Shown here one piece after another: positions 27,469 through 37,272 of a DNA stretch of 64,000 bases (its first letter is position 1; each line of letters opens with the position of its first letter). Source of the stretch: Bdellovibrionota bacterium (GTDB lineage: Bacteria > Bdellovibrionota > Bdellovibrionia > Bdellovibrionales > UBA840). The stretch spans positions 9,561 through 73,560 of the forward strand of contig JAYZXX010000071.1 of NCBI GenBank assembly GCA_036140815.1, given 5' to 3'. The notes beneath the pieces are model-generated. The model was given only the letters and a program-made list of their open reading frames with translations. It did not search any database and was not told the origin of the DNA. The position numbers and the translations under genes are program-made.

Positions 27469-29784
27469 ATGAGTTCAGGAAAAACAAAAATCAAAAAACT
27501 AAAAGCCGTTTTATTAACCTTCGTAGCTTTAGGACTTGCAGGCATGTTCATTCTAGCTAGCTGGACGATTCACCTCAATCAAGTCATTAATCAAGCCCTT
27601 CAAGAAAGAACTCTAACACCAACTCAAGAATTCTTTGCATTGGGTAATCAAGTTTTTTTAGGACAAAAAATTCGCATCGAAAGCCTATTGAGCGACTTAG
27701 AAGTTTATCGCTTAAAGCTTAGCAAAACCGGTGTATTGCTTGATGGAGAGTTACGTCTTCTAAAAAAAGACCAATGCCAGGCACGCTTACCTAATGTAGA
27801 GAAAGAATTTGTCCACTGCTTAGAGCTTAATTTCCGTAATAATTTCGTGGAAAACCCACAATCCCATATTCTGATAGGATGGGAAAATGCAGATGTCATT
27901 AATCATATTGAAAACCTAAACAATCAGGAAGAAGAAATTGTTGCAGACTTTCCACCAATACGTTTTGCTCAGTACATCGGTGACAAATCAATCTTAAGAA
28001 GAAATATGGAACTAGGAGAGTTTCCAGCCATTTGTTTAAACTCTGTCTTGGCCATCGAAGACCCTGGTTTTTTGGAACATCAAGGTTTTAGCTTTCGCAG
28101 TATTGCCAGAGCCATTATAAAGAACATTCAAGCCGGCCGTAAAGCGCAAGGCGGAAGTACGATCACCCAACAATTGGTGAAAAACTATTTTTTAACTCAT
28201 CAAAAAACCTACACTCGAAAGCTCAAAGAGCTCATTATGGCGGTGCTCTTAGAAATTCGCTCGAGCAAAGACAATATTCTCCAAGCCTATCTAAATGAAA
28301 TTTACATGGCTCAAAATGGAGTTTTTGAAGTTCGAGGTTTTGCCGCTGCCAGTGAACACTATTTCGCAAAGGAAGTGGAAAAAATAAATACCGCAGAATG
28401 CGCCTTATTGGCTGCTATTTTAAATAGTCCCGGTAGATACAATCCTTTTAAACATCCCGACAATGCCAAAGCTCGTCGAAGTTTGGTGCTAAGCAAATTA
28501 AAAGAAGAAGGCATTTTAAATGATAAGGAGTTTGAAAAATGGGATAGTTATCCCCTGCCAAGCAAGCAAAGTGTTGTTCGACTGGATCCAGCCCCCTATT
28601 TTTTGGATGCCGTTCGTGATGAAATGCAAAATTTAAAAATTGATACGGGCAAAAACCTAAAAATTGTCACTAGCTTAAATTTAAATGCTCAATCCGCGGC
28701 AAGAAAAGCTCTAAAAAGTGGATTAAATAATTTAGAAAAATGGCGCAAAAACTTAAAAAAGAATGTGGAAGAAGGAAAAAAACTTCAAGGAGCCATTTTA
28801 AGCGTAGATCCTTTAAATTCCTATGTTAGTGCAATGGTGGGAGGACGTGATTATCGAACTGCGCCATTTAATAGGGCTTTGCGAGCGAAAAGACAAGTCG
28901 GTTCAATCATGAAGCCTTTTGTTTATCTTAGTGCTCTAGAGAGTTTTCGCCCAGATACCAATGAGTTTTATACCCCTATTACTGAATTACCCGATGAAAA
29001 AATAACCTATGACTATGATAATCAGTCGTGGACTCCAAAAAACTACGACAAAAAATTTCGCGGTAAAGTCCCATTATACTATGCTTTAAAAAACTCATTA
29101 AACGCACCTACGGCGAATCTTGGAATCGAAAGTGGACTAGATAATATCGTAGATGTTGCCTATCGCCTTGGGGTAAGATCAAAACTTTCACCTTATCCTT
29201 CACTGACTCTCGGTGCCTACGAACTTCATCCTGTAGAGGTATTGCAAGCTTATGCTGCCTTGGCTCGCTTTGGTGAGATTCGAGATTTAAAGTTTGTAGT
29301 TCAAGTATATGATTCTGAAAATCAAATGATCTACAAAGCAGAAAATAATCCTAAACAGGTGATAGCCAAAGAAAATGCTGCTGTTTTAGTTGGGATGCTA
29401 AAGCAAACCATCGAGACTGGTTCAGGCCAAGTAGTTCGAAGGCTTGGCTTTGAAAGACCTGCTGCTGGAAAAACCGGTACTACTAGCGACTACCATGACT
29501 CTTGGTTTGCTGGCTTCACTCCGTATCACGCAGCCATCGTTTGGGTGGGATATGACGACAACACTCCTCATGGCTTAACCGGGGCTAGTGGTGCTGCCCC
29601 TATTTGGGCGAATTATATGAAGGGCATTCAGCATTTATTACCGGATAGAGATTTTTCCTGGCCAGAGGGGGTGAGTGTGGTAGACTTATATCCCTCCGAT
29701 TATAGTACGAACGAAGAACTACGACAATCTGAGGAGTTTAATCAAAAAGTACAATTGATTTTCCGTAAAGGAAACGAACCTTAG
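27469..29784 (+). CDS. Class A penicillin-binding protein (bifunctional transglycosylase/transpeptidase)
   Basis: GT51 motifs EDPGFLEHQGF and GGSTITQQLVKN. Transpeptidase motifs SIMKP (SxxK), SLN and KTGTT. Start set at MSSGKTKIKK before the TM; the ORF-track start at 27409 is also possible. Confidence 0.85.
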   Translation: MSSGKTKIKKLKAVLLTFVALGLAGMFILASWTIHLNQVINQALQERTLTPTQEFFALGNQVFLGQKIRIESLLSDLEVYRLKLSKTGVLLDGELRLLKKDQCQARLPNVEKEFVHCLELNFRNNFVENPQSHILIGWENADVINHIENLNNQEEEIVADFPPIRFAQYIGDKSILRRNMELGEFPAICLNSVLAIEDPGFLEHQGFSFRSIARAIIKNIQAGRKAQGGSTITQQLVKNYFLTHQKTYTRKLKELIMAVLLEIRSSKDNILQAYLNEIYMAQNGVFEVRGFAAASEHYFAKEVEKINTAECALLAAILNSPGRYNPFKHPDNAKARRSLVLSKLKEEGILNDKEFEKWDSYPLPSKQSVVRLDPAPYFLDAVRDEMQNLKIDTGKNLKIVTSLNLNAQSAARKALKSGLNNLEKWRKNLKKNVEEGKKLQGAILSVDPLNSYVSAMVGGRDYRTAPFNRALRAKRQVGSIMKPFVYLSALESFRPDTNEFYTPITELPDEKITYDYDNQSWTPKNYDKKFRGKVPLYYALKNSLNAPTANLGIESGLDNIVDVAYRLGVRSKLSPYPSLTLGAYELHPVEVLQAYAALARFGEIRDLKFVVQVYDSENQMIYKAENNPKQVIAKENAAVLVGMLKQTIETGSGQVVRRLGFERPAAGKTGTTSDYHDSWFAGFTPYHAAIVWVGYDDNTPHGLTGASGAAPIWANYMKGIQHLLPDRDFSWPEGVSVVDLYPSDYSTNEELRQSEEFNQKVQLIFRKGNEP

Positions 29785-29792
29785 AGGTAAGA

Positions 29793-30203
29793 ATGAATGA
29801 ATCTGTAAATAAAGCCTATCAACTTGCCATTGAAGCACGAAAAAATTCCTATAGTATTTACTCAAAATTTGCTGTAGGTGCCGCTTTAAAAGTAAAAGAT
29901 AGTGAACAAATATTTACGGGCTGTAATGTAGAAAACTCTAGTTTTGGGGCAACCATTTGCGCCGAGAGAACTGGCCTAGTAAAGATGGTTAGTGAAATTG
30001 GCGGACAACACAAATTAGAATTCGTTGTTGTTGTGGCTGATACAGAAGAAGCCACTCCCCCATGTGGTCTTTGCCTTCAACAACTTTCAGACTTTGTAGA
30101 TCAAAATACCATGGTTTACCTTGCTGATTTAAACTCGATCAAAAAAGAAATGAAATTTACGGATGTGATGCCAAACATTTTTGTTTTCAAACCAGAAGAA
30201 TAA
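29793..30203 (+). CDS. cdd: Cytidine deaminase
   Basis: 136 aa with zinc motifs CAERTG and PCGLCLQ. Confidence 0.85.
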   Translation: MNESVNKAYQLAIEARKNSYSIYSKFAVGAALKVKDSEQIFTGCNVENSSFGATICAERTGLVKMVSEIGGQHKLEFVVVVADTEEATPPCGLCLQQLSDFVDQNTMVYLADLNSIKKEMKFTDVMPNIFVFKPEE

Positions 30204-30496
30204 GAAGCCAATAATAAAGCTTTCTAGCGATCCTCATAAAAAAGTATTGATCTAAAATTAAAAAAATTGGCTACGCACTATTTGTTCAAAATATTGATAA
30301 AGTAAATAACATTTCGCAAAAGCTACAAAGCTATCTTCTAAACTAATCTACCTGGCACTGAGCTTAGATCTAGTTTAGTAGTCTATAAGGTTTAAGTTTT
30401 ATAAAAAACAAAAATTAGTTAGCAGCATGGAGAATTTGAAAACTTAGGTTTCGCGCTTTCAAACTCTCCTCAAAATCTATTTATACTTGCTTTCCC

Positions 30497-31423
30497 TTAG
30501 CTATGAAAAATCCAAATTGGACAATCTACCTCTTTGGTGATTGCACGAGCTACACTACCTAAAAAGTAGGTTGTTTTTGTTTTAGCATTTGTATTCAAAG
30601 CAATTAAATTGACCTTGTTAGCATCTTTATAGCTATGAACACTTTCAGCGATTGAACCAGGATCTGATAACAACTCTGCTTTTGCCTTTACCCCATAAGA
30701 AGCCATTTTTTCTTTTAATTTGTTTAGTCTTTGCTTGCGTTGACCAATGTCTAATTTAAAAAACTCTCCTACACTAATCCAGCCACCGCCCATCAGATAA
30801 GAGCTATTTTGTAGCAAAGGATCTATCGGCGTTGGAATTTTATGAAGCAAAGTTAGCTTTGATCCAAACGTATTTACGAAGTTACCTAACTTTTTAAAAG
30901 TAGCCGCTTGGTTGTTCATTAAATCCACAGGGAATGCAACATTACCTAAGCTTGTAATTTTATCTTTACGATTTGGAACAATCAACAATGGTATTTTAGA
31001 AACCATTAGTAGACTTTCCGTAAAACTTCCCAAAAACATTCGACTCAAATCCGAACGAGTGTGATTGGCACACAATATAAGGTCCACAGAATTTTTTGTG
31101 GCGTAGTGATTAATGGCCTTCACATCTCTTGTGGTAGATGCTTTTGTGTTAAAAATGATGTGTGGCAAGCTATGATGAATGTTTTTTAGCTTTTTAGTCC
31201 ACAGTTCCATTTTAGTTAAAGCCTGAGGAGCGAAATGTTGTAAATCCTTTTTCGGTAGATCCCCTGCCCATTTCAAAGTCTCAGGACTTAATACAAATGT
31301 AGGAACCACTAATATTTCTTTCTTTTTATTTAAAAGTTTAAGCACTTCAATGCTTCTCAAAAAGACATTTTCATCTTCATCAAAAGGGTTGATTGCCCAA
31401 GCAATTTTAAATTTTTTAGCCAT
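30497..31423 (-). CDS. Tandem universal-stress-protein (UspA) domain protein
   Basis: Two Usp-like halves, each ending in a G-S-x(8-9)-P-hydrophobic motif (FLGSFTESLLMVSKIPLLIV, FLGSVARAITKEVDCPIWIF). Confidence 0.6.
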   Translation of the reverse strand: MAKKFKIAWAINPFDEDENVFLRSIEVLKLLNKKKEILVVPTFVLSPETLKWAGDLPKKDLQHFAPQALTKMELWTKKLKNIHHSLPHIIFNTKASTTRDVKAINHYATKNSVDLILCANHTRSDLSRMFLGSFTESLLMVSKIPLLIVPNRKDKITSLGNVAFPVDLMNNQAATFKKLGNFVNTFGSKLTLLHKIPTPIDPLLQNSSYLMGGGWISVGEFFKLDIGQRKQRLNKLKEKMASYGVKAKAELLSDPGSIAESVHSYKDANKVNLIALNTNAKTKTTYFLGSVARAITKEVDCPIWIFHS

Positions 31424-31514
31424 ATTTCATCTCCTGTGGAAATTTTAATTATCTTTCAATTTTGCTGTCCTGCTAATCTCTGTGCCTGACTTTAATATTG
31501 TAATTCTCGATCTT

Positions 31515-31543
31515 TATTTCTATTTCTATTTCTATTTCTATTT
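31515..31543. repeat. Hexanucleotide microsatellite (tatttc) x ~4.8
   Basis: Read directly. It lies about 90 nt upstream of the usp-like gene start. Confidence 0.9.
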
Positions 31544-31666
31544 AAGGCTGCTGCAGCTTCACTTTTCCTGTCCAACAGTTTTCAATTAATTTTAAGCAAG
31601 CCCTGGCAAAAACTATTCGCATCACCAGAACTATATTATTTTATCTCTGCCTATCAACGAATACAA

Positions 31667-32656
31667 CTATACTAAAAAATTATGGTTTTTTTCATTTCCT
31701 AAAAAGTATCTAAAATTATCAATGCTAGTATCAGCAATGGCCTTCAACGCCTCTTCTGACAAATAAGCTTGATGCGAGGAAACAATAACATTTGGAAAAC
31801 TAATTAAACGAGCTAATTTGTCATCTTGGAGGTTTTCAAAACTGTGATCCTCAAAGAAGAAGTTTTCCTCTTCTTCATAAACATCAAGAGCAACACCTGA
31901 TAAGTGGCCCTTTTTCAAAGCTTCAATTAAAGCCTTCGTTTCTATTAAGCCCCCTCTTCCGGTATTGATAATTTTTGCCCCAGGCTTTAATAAAAAGACA
32001 TTTTTTCGATCAATAAAATAGTGAGTCTCCTCATTCAATGGCAAATGAAAACTCAAAATATCAGCGGAAGCGATTATCTCTTCTTTCTCAACGTAAGGAA
32101 TTCCCATTTCTTCTAGTTCAGGATTTGGTGTTTTATCATAGGCAATGACTTTCGAACCAAAGGCAGAAAAGTATTTCGCCACTAGGGAACCTATTTTTCC
32201 GGTACCCAAAACAGCTACAACTTTGTTATTTAAATTACTTCCCACTAAATGATCCAATCGAAAATCAAATTCTCTAGTGCGCTGATAAGACTTGTGGATC
32301 TTCCGATTTAAATTCAAACAAAGGGCCAATGTGTATTCAGCAATGGCTTCAGGAGAATAGGAAGGAACTCGGGCTACTTGTACTCCAAACTCTTTTGCCG
32401 CTTCAAGATCTATATTATTAAAGCCAGCACAACGCAAAAAAATTGCCTCTAAACCTTCATGAGCTAGCTTTTCTAGATTCGCTCTATCGAAGCAGTCATT
32501 TACAAAGGCAAAAATCACCGAATACCCAAAAGCCGTAGCCAAGGTGTTTGTGTTAATGCTTTCCATTTGAAATCGTACATTTAGAGATTTTTCCTGAAAA
32601 AAACTTTTGAAATTTTCTAATTCATATTCTCGGGAAGAACTAAAGAGTATTTCCAT
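31667..32656 (-). CDS. ldhA: D-isomer-specific 2-hydroxyacid dehydrogenase (D-lactate dehydrogenase-like)
   Basis: NAD fold VLGTGKIGSLVAKYF and a catalytic region (TGRGGLIETKALIEALKKGHLSGVALDVYEEE, SSHQA). Length is close to LdhA. Confidence 0.75.
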   Translation of the reverse strand: MEILFSSSREYELENFKSFFQEKSLNVRFQMESINTNTLATAFGYSVIFAFVNDCFDRANLEKLAHEGLEAIFLRCAGFNNIDLEAAKEFGVQVARVPSYSPEAIAEYTLALCLNLNRKIHKSYQRTREFDFRLDHLVGSNLNNKVVAVLGTGKIGSLVAKYFSAFGSKVIAYDKTPNPELEEMGIPYVEKEEIIASADILSFHLPLNEETHYFIDRKNVFLLKPGAKIINTGRGGLIETKALIEALKKGHLSGVALDVYEEEENFFFEDHSFENLQDDKLARLISFPNVIVSSHQAYLSEEALKAIADTSIDNFRYFLGNEKNHNFLV

Positions 32657-33154
32657 TTATGCTAACAACCTTTTAAAACCATTCTTTACCGAATTAAATT
32701 CCTTATTCAGAAAATTCCAAAAGCGTGCTTTTATTAAATCCCCTTCTAAGAAATCAATCATAGAGTTCAAGACTAGCATAGCATCAGTAGAAGTAAAGAT
32801 ACCGACGATGGAACCGTCCACTTCGTGCACAACCACTGAGCTTATTTTATTTTCTAACATTTTTTGTAGAGCGACCTTTACGGATGTGCTGGGTAACATC
32901 ATGATTACGTTTTCATTCATGATATCTTTGATTTGTAAATTCAAAGGAGAAACCAAAGCAGCCTTCACATCTTCATGAGAAATTATTCCACAAATTTTAC
33001 CCCGACACAAAACAGGTAAATGAGAAATGTTCTTATCCGCCATTAAATTAGCAGCTTCCTCAGTTGTACACTCCACTTGAATATGGATCGGTGTAAAGCT
33101 CATATAGTTTCTTACTGGATTGATTGTCCCCATGATTCCCTCCTTAAGTGACAT
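32657..33154 (-). CDS. CBS-domain pair protein
   Basis: Two CBS-like repeats (ISHLPVLCRGKICGIISHEDV, ISSVVVHEVDGSIVGIFTSTD). Abuts the ldhA-like gene. Confidence 0.7.
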   Translation of the reverse strand: MSLKEGIMGTINPVRNYMSFTPIHIQVECTTEEAANLMADKNISHLPVLCRGKICGIISHEDVKAALVSPLNLQIKDIMNENVIMMLPSTSVKVALQKMLENKISSVVVHEVDGSIVGIFTSTDAMLVLNSMIDFLEGDLIKARFWNFLNKEFNSVKNGFKRLLA

Positions 33155-33642
33155 ATAGATTTAAATAGCATATGTTGTGCCTACTTTTTTAATAAGTATT
33201 TTCAGGTATTTACAAACCTTCTCTTTTTTTAAAGCGATTTTTGAGACAAGTTAGCCTAGAAACGAGAGACAATCTTACCCATCAACAATCTATCTTCCCC
33301 AAGAGTAGATACTAAAAATTAGTTTCACAGCTCTAGAGCGATAGCATAAGAAGTTCTCTGCTTTTTTAAACTCGCTTCAAAAATTGGACTAAAAATTAAT
33401 CATAAAACTCAGATCCAAGGTCCCCCCATCTCTCTATATATGGGTTCCCCCAGAGAACAATCCTCTATTTCCTGTCAGCAAAGGCTGATGGTCGCACTTA
33501 TTGTAAGACTGATAGTGACAATTATTGGCGCAGGTATAACCATTTTTCCAAAACCAGGAAAACCAGCTTAGTTTTGTGGTGTCTTTTTGGAACCACCCTA
33601 TAAATATGTTAGAATCGGTCCCAGCTGTAAGGGAAAAACTAT

Positions 33643-35487
33643 ATGAAGCGAATGAGCTTAAAAATAAATCGAAAGCTTTTTAGCAATGGGATCAAAATCG
33701 CATTCGCTTTTGCTTTGAGTTTTGTATTGAACCAATTTCCCATGGATCAAATTGAGTTTTTTGCCTATGACTTACTTTTTAGAACAAAAGCCAATAGCGC
33801 TACCTCTGGAGAAATTGCCATCATCAATATTGATCGCAACAGTATTGAACAGCTCCGACATGAGCCCGATTTAACTGACTATACTTTATTGATGCAACAA
33901 TTAAAGGAGCTTTCACCAAAGGCCGTTTTGTTTTTACCAGATTTAGCTCGCATTAATGCAAACCAAAATCAAAAAGCTGCCTTTGCAAGAAGTACAGAAG
34001 ACTTAAATAATTTCATTGTAAGCATCGAGGATGTACCATTAGCTGGTGCAGAAAATAAATTTAAATTAAGTACTCCCCTTCACCACATCAATGTGCAACC
34101 AGGCATCCTATCTAAAGACAGTAGAAACTTCGCACAGGATAATGTTTCTCGTCGTGCTTTGGTTCATTACGAAGGTCACTATTTCGCACAGGCACAAATT
34201 GCTCAATTGGTTAATCCTGTGAAAGATCCAATGGACTACCAAGGTGCTTTTCCTTTCAAGGGCAGTATTCAGGTGTTGGTCAATCTTCATAAAAAAGGAA
34301 GCTTTAATACTTTTAGTTTCATCGACGTTGTTGATGGAAACATCAATAAAGAAGAGCTTCAAAACAAGATTATTGTGATTGGTCAAGACGCACAATCTGA
34401 AGCAGATAACTATGTAATGACGCCATTTTTAAGAGATGTAACGGCAATGTCAAAAGCAGAATACAATGCCAATATCATTGATGGCTTAATTAAAAACAAT
34501 TCCATTGTTCAAACCTCAGAAGTCTTAAGAGCTTGGCTTTGCTTTATCATTTCTTTAATTACCGTTTTTATCACAGCACAATTTCGACCTACCAGAGGAA
34601 TTTTCAGCCTACTTGCTTTAGCCACAGGCTATTTTCTAATAAGCCTATTCTTGTTTCATCTAGAAATCTGGATTCCTGTCGCCCATCCATTGTTAGCAAT
34701 TTTTGTGGGATACTATCTGTTAATTCCTTTTCGTTTGGTACAAGAAAACAAAAAGTCGTGGGAATACCAACAAAAGAACCGCCTTTTAACTCAAGTAGAA
34801 GAACTGAAAAACAATTTTATCTCTATGATGTCTCATGACTTAAAGACTCCCCTTGCACGAATTCAGGGTATGGCTGAACTTGCATTGAATGATCAAGGAG
34901 ATCTGAGTCATGAGCAAAAAGATGCCTTGAGTACCATAAGCCGAAGCTCAGAAGAATTGAGCTTGTTTGTTTCCTCCATTCTTAATTTCGGTAGAATTGA
35001 AAGCCAGGGCGTTAAATTAAGATTAGAAGCCAATGACCTAAATCGCTTAGTGGAAGATGTTGTTAAAAAATATCAATATCTAGCAAAAGAAAAAAACATC
35101 GAAATAATCACTGAGCTTGAGCCACTTTTTTCAACCCCTATGGATACAGCCCTGATCCGCCAGGTGGTGCAAAACTTAATCGAAAATGCAATCAAGTATA
35201 GCCCAGAGAATTCTAAGGTTTTGATTTTTACCGAAGAAGTAGATGGGAAAATACAATTACAGGTTACCGACCAAGGAGCCGGAATTCCTGTCGAAGAGCA
35301 TGATAAAGTTTTTATGAAGTTTTACAGATCAAAAAATGCCAAATCCTCACCCATTAAAGGAACTGGCTTAGGTTTATATTTAACAAAGTATTTTGTAGAT
35401 TTACATCAGGGAGAAATCCAGATAGATAGTGTTTCCGAGCAAGGAAGCACTTTCACTGTCAATCTACCAACCAATTTAGAGATATAG
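33643..35487 (+). CDS. Sensor histidine kinase with a CHASE2-like extracytoplasmic domain
   Basis: N-terminal TM, a ~280-aa sensor region, then three TMs. Kinase boxes: H SHDLKTPL, N LIENAIKYSP, G1 DQGAGIP, G2 GTGLGL. Confidence 0.8.
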   Translation: MKRMSLKINRKLFSNGIKIAFAFALSFVLNQFPMDQIEFFAYDLLFRTKANSATSGEIAIINIDRNSIEQLRHEPDLTDYTLLMQQLKELSPKAVLFLPDLARINANQNQKAAFARSTEDLNNFIVSIEDVPLAGAENKFKLSTPLHHINVQPGILSKDSRNFAQDNVSRRALVHYEGHYFAQAQIAQLVNPVKDPMDYQGAFPFKGSIQVLVNLHKKGSFNTFSFIDVVDGNINKEELQNKIIVIGQDAQSEADNYVMTPFLRDVTAMSKAEYNANIIDGLIKNNSIVQTSEVLRAWLCFIISLITVFITAQFRPTRGIFSLLALATGYFLISLFLFHLEIWIPVAHPLLAIFVGYYLLIPFRLVQENKKSWEYQQKNRLLTQVEELKNNFISMMSHDLKTPLARIQGMAELALNDQGDLSHEQKDALSTISRSSEELSLFVSSILNFGRIESQGVKLRLEANDLNRLVEDVVKKYQYLAKEKNIEIITELEPLFSTPMDTALIRQVVQNLIENAIKYSPENSKVLIFTEEVDGKIQLQVTDQGAGIPVEEHDKVFMKFYRSKNAKSSPIKGTGLGLYLTKYFVDLHQGEIQIDSVSEQGSTFTVNLPTNLEI

Positions 35488-35497
35488 GAGAAGTCAT

Positions 35498-36946
35498 ATG
35501 ATTCGTGTACTAGTAGTCGATGATGATCAAGGACTAAGAAAAACAGTAAGCGCCGCCTTAAGAAACACAGGTCGCTTCGACGTTGCAGAAGCTTTCGATG
35601 GTCAAAACGCCATTGAGCAGTTCGAAGATAAAGAATTTGATCTTGTCATTCTAGATGTGGACATGCCTCGTAAAAATGGCTTGGAAACTTTAAAATGGAT
35701 TAAAGCCAAAGACCCTCGTGTGATTTCTATCATTTTAACTGCTCACGCTACGGTAGATGATGCGGTTACTGCAGTAAAAGAGGGAGCTTACCACTACCTT
35801 TCAAAACCAATTCGCAGTGAAGACTTATTAGAAATGGTTGAAAAGGCTCTAGAAGCACAAAGCTTGATTTCTTATGCAGCCAACTCTGCTCCAATTGAAG
35901 CTGGTAGAAAATTTATTGGTGGGAATGCACAAATGCAGAAGGTCTTTCACCTAATTCATAGACTTTCTAAAGTAGATACTCCGGTACTGATTCGTGGTGC
36001 CTCAGGGACAGGTAAAGAGTTAGTCGCAAAAGCGATTCACTTAAACTCTACCCGAAAAGATGAAAAATTTGTTGCGATTAACTGTTCGGCAATTCCCGAA
36101 AACTTATTTGAGTCTGAATTGTTCGGTCACGAAAAAGGCTCTTTCACTGGTGCTGATCAAAGAAAAATCGGAAAATTTCAATTCGCTGAAGGCGGAACCC
36201 TATTTTTAGACGAACTTGGAGATATGCCGGTTCTTATGCAAGTGAAATTACTTCGTGTACTTCAAGAAAAGAAATTTACTCCTGTAGGGGCCAATCGCGA
36301 AGTACCTACCAATGTTAGAATTATCGCAGCGACAAACCGTCCTTTAGAAAAAATGATTGAAGAGGGAACATTTAGAGAAGATCTATTCTATCGTTTAAAT
36401 GTGATTCCAATATTTTTGCCAGAACTGAAAGACAGAAAAGACGACATCGAGAGATTAGCTGATACTTTTATTCAAAAGTTTAACAAAGAACATGGTCGTA
36501 AAATCATTGGCTGTACTGCCGCTACGATCAAAGCTTTCCAGCAATATGACTGGCCAGGAAATATTCGTGAACTTGAAAACGTCATTGAACATGCTTTTGT
36601 TATGGAATCTGAAAACCGTATCGATGTTAACTCTCTACCGGAGAAGTTTTTAGAAACCATCGGATTAACACCAAAACAAATGATCATTCAACAAGAGGGT
36701 GCAGCTTCCACAACAGACTCTAGCGATGATTTGATATCAGAAGAAGGTGGAATTATTATCCCTGATGACAATTTGGACTTTAGCAAACACAAAGAAATGT
36801 TTGAAAGAGAGTTCATCCTAAAAGCATTAAAAATGTTTAAAGGAAGAATCAACCAAACGGCTCTTCATGCAAACATTCCGAAGAAAACATTACTCAGAAA
36901 AATTGAAAAGTATGGAATTAATCCGAAAGATTTTTATATTCAGTAA
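35498..36946 (+). CDS. NtrC-family sigma-54-dependent response regulator
   Basis: Receiver domain (DLVILDVDMP), AAA+ Walker A GASGTGKE, sigma-54 contact loop GSFTGA, and a C-terminal Fis-type HTH. It starts 10 nt after the kinase gene. Confidence 0.9.
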   Translation: MIRVLVVDDDQGLRKTVSAALRNTGRFDVAEAFDGQNAIEQFEDKEFDLVILDVDMPRKNGLETLKWIKAKDPRVISIILTAHATVDDAVTAVKEGAYHYLSKPIRSEDLLEMVEKALEAQSLISYAANSAPIEAGRKFIGGNAQMQKVFHLIHRLSKVDTPVLIRGASGTGKELVAKAIHLNSTRKDEKFVAINCSAIPENLFESELFGHEKGSFTGADQRKIGKFQFAEGGTLFLDELGDMPVLMQVKLLRVLQEKKFTPVGANREVPTNVRIIAATNRPLEKMIEEGTFREDLFYRLNVIPIFLPELKDRKDDIERLADTFIQKFNKEHGRKIIGCTAATIKAFQQYDWPGNIRELENVIEHAFVMESENRIDVNSLPEKFLETIGLTPKQMIIQQEGAASTTDSSDDLISEEGGIIIPDDNLDFSKHKEMFEREFILKALKMFKGRINQTALHANIPKKTLLRKIEKYGINPKDFYIQ

Positions 36947-37106
36947 TAAAGTCCTAGCTTACAGCTAATATTTCAGTCTGAATTCGAAGATGGCTTGAGT
37001 TATTACTCTTCGAATTCAGCTAAATTTAACAGAGAACCGTCTTCCGCTGCCTGATCTTTTTAAAAAAGACTTAACTTTGGACTACCGGTCTTTCAAAATG
37101 GGTTAT

Positions 37107-37260
37107 AAACTGGGCCACTTAATTGCGGATCAATGACTTTACAACTTAGAAGTCTTTTGGGATTTCAGATCCGTCTAGTTTTGTTTTCGCGTGAATAATA
37201 TATCTATTTCATAAACTCAAAGACTTAGCTTGTATTTATCCGCATTTAAAGAGGCAAATC
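37107..37260 (+). mobile_element. MITE-like element copy A (~154 bp, degenerate right inverted repeat)
   Basis: Left end is aaactgggccacttaattgcggat. The right end atccgcatttaaagaggcaaatc matches copy C's right end at about 18 of 23 positions. No coding capacity. Confidence 0.6.
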
Positions 37261-37272
37261 AAAAAGTCTGAC

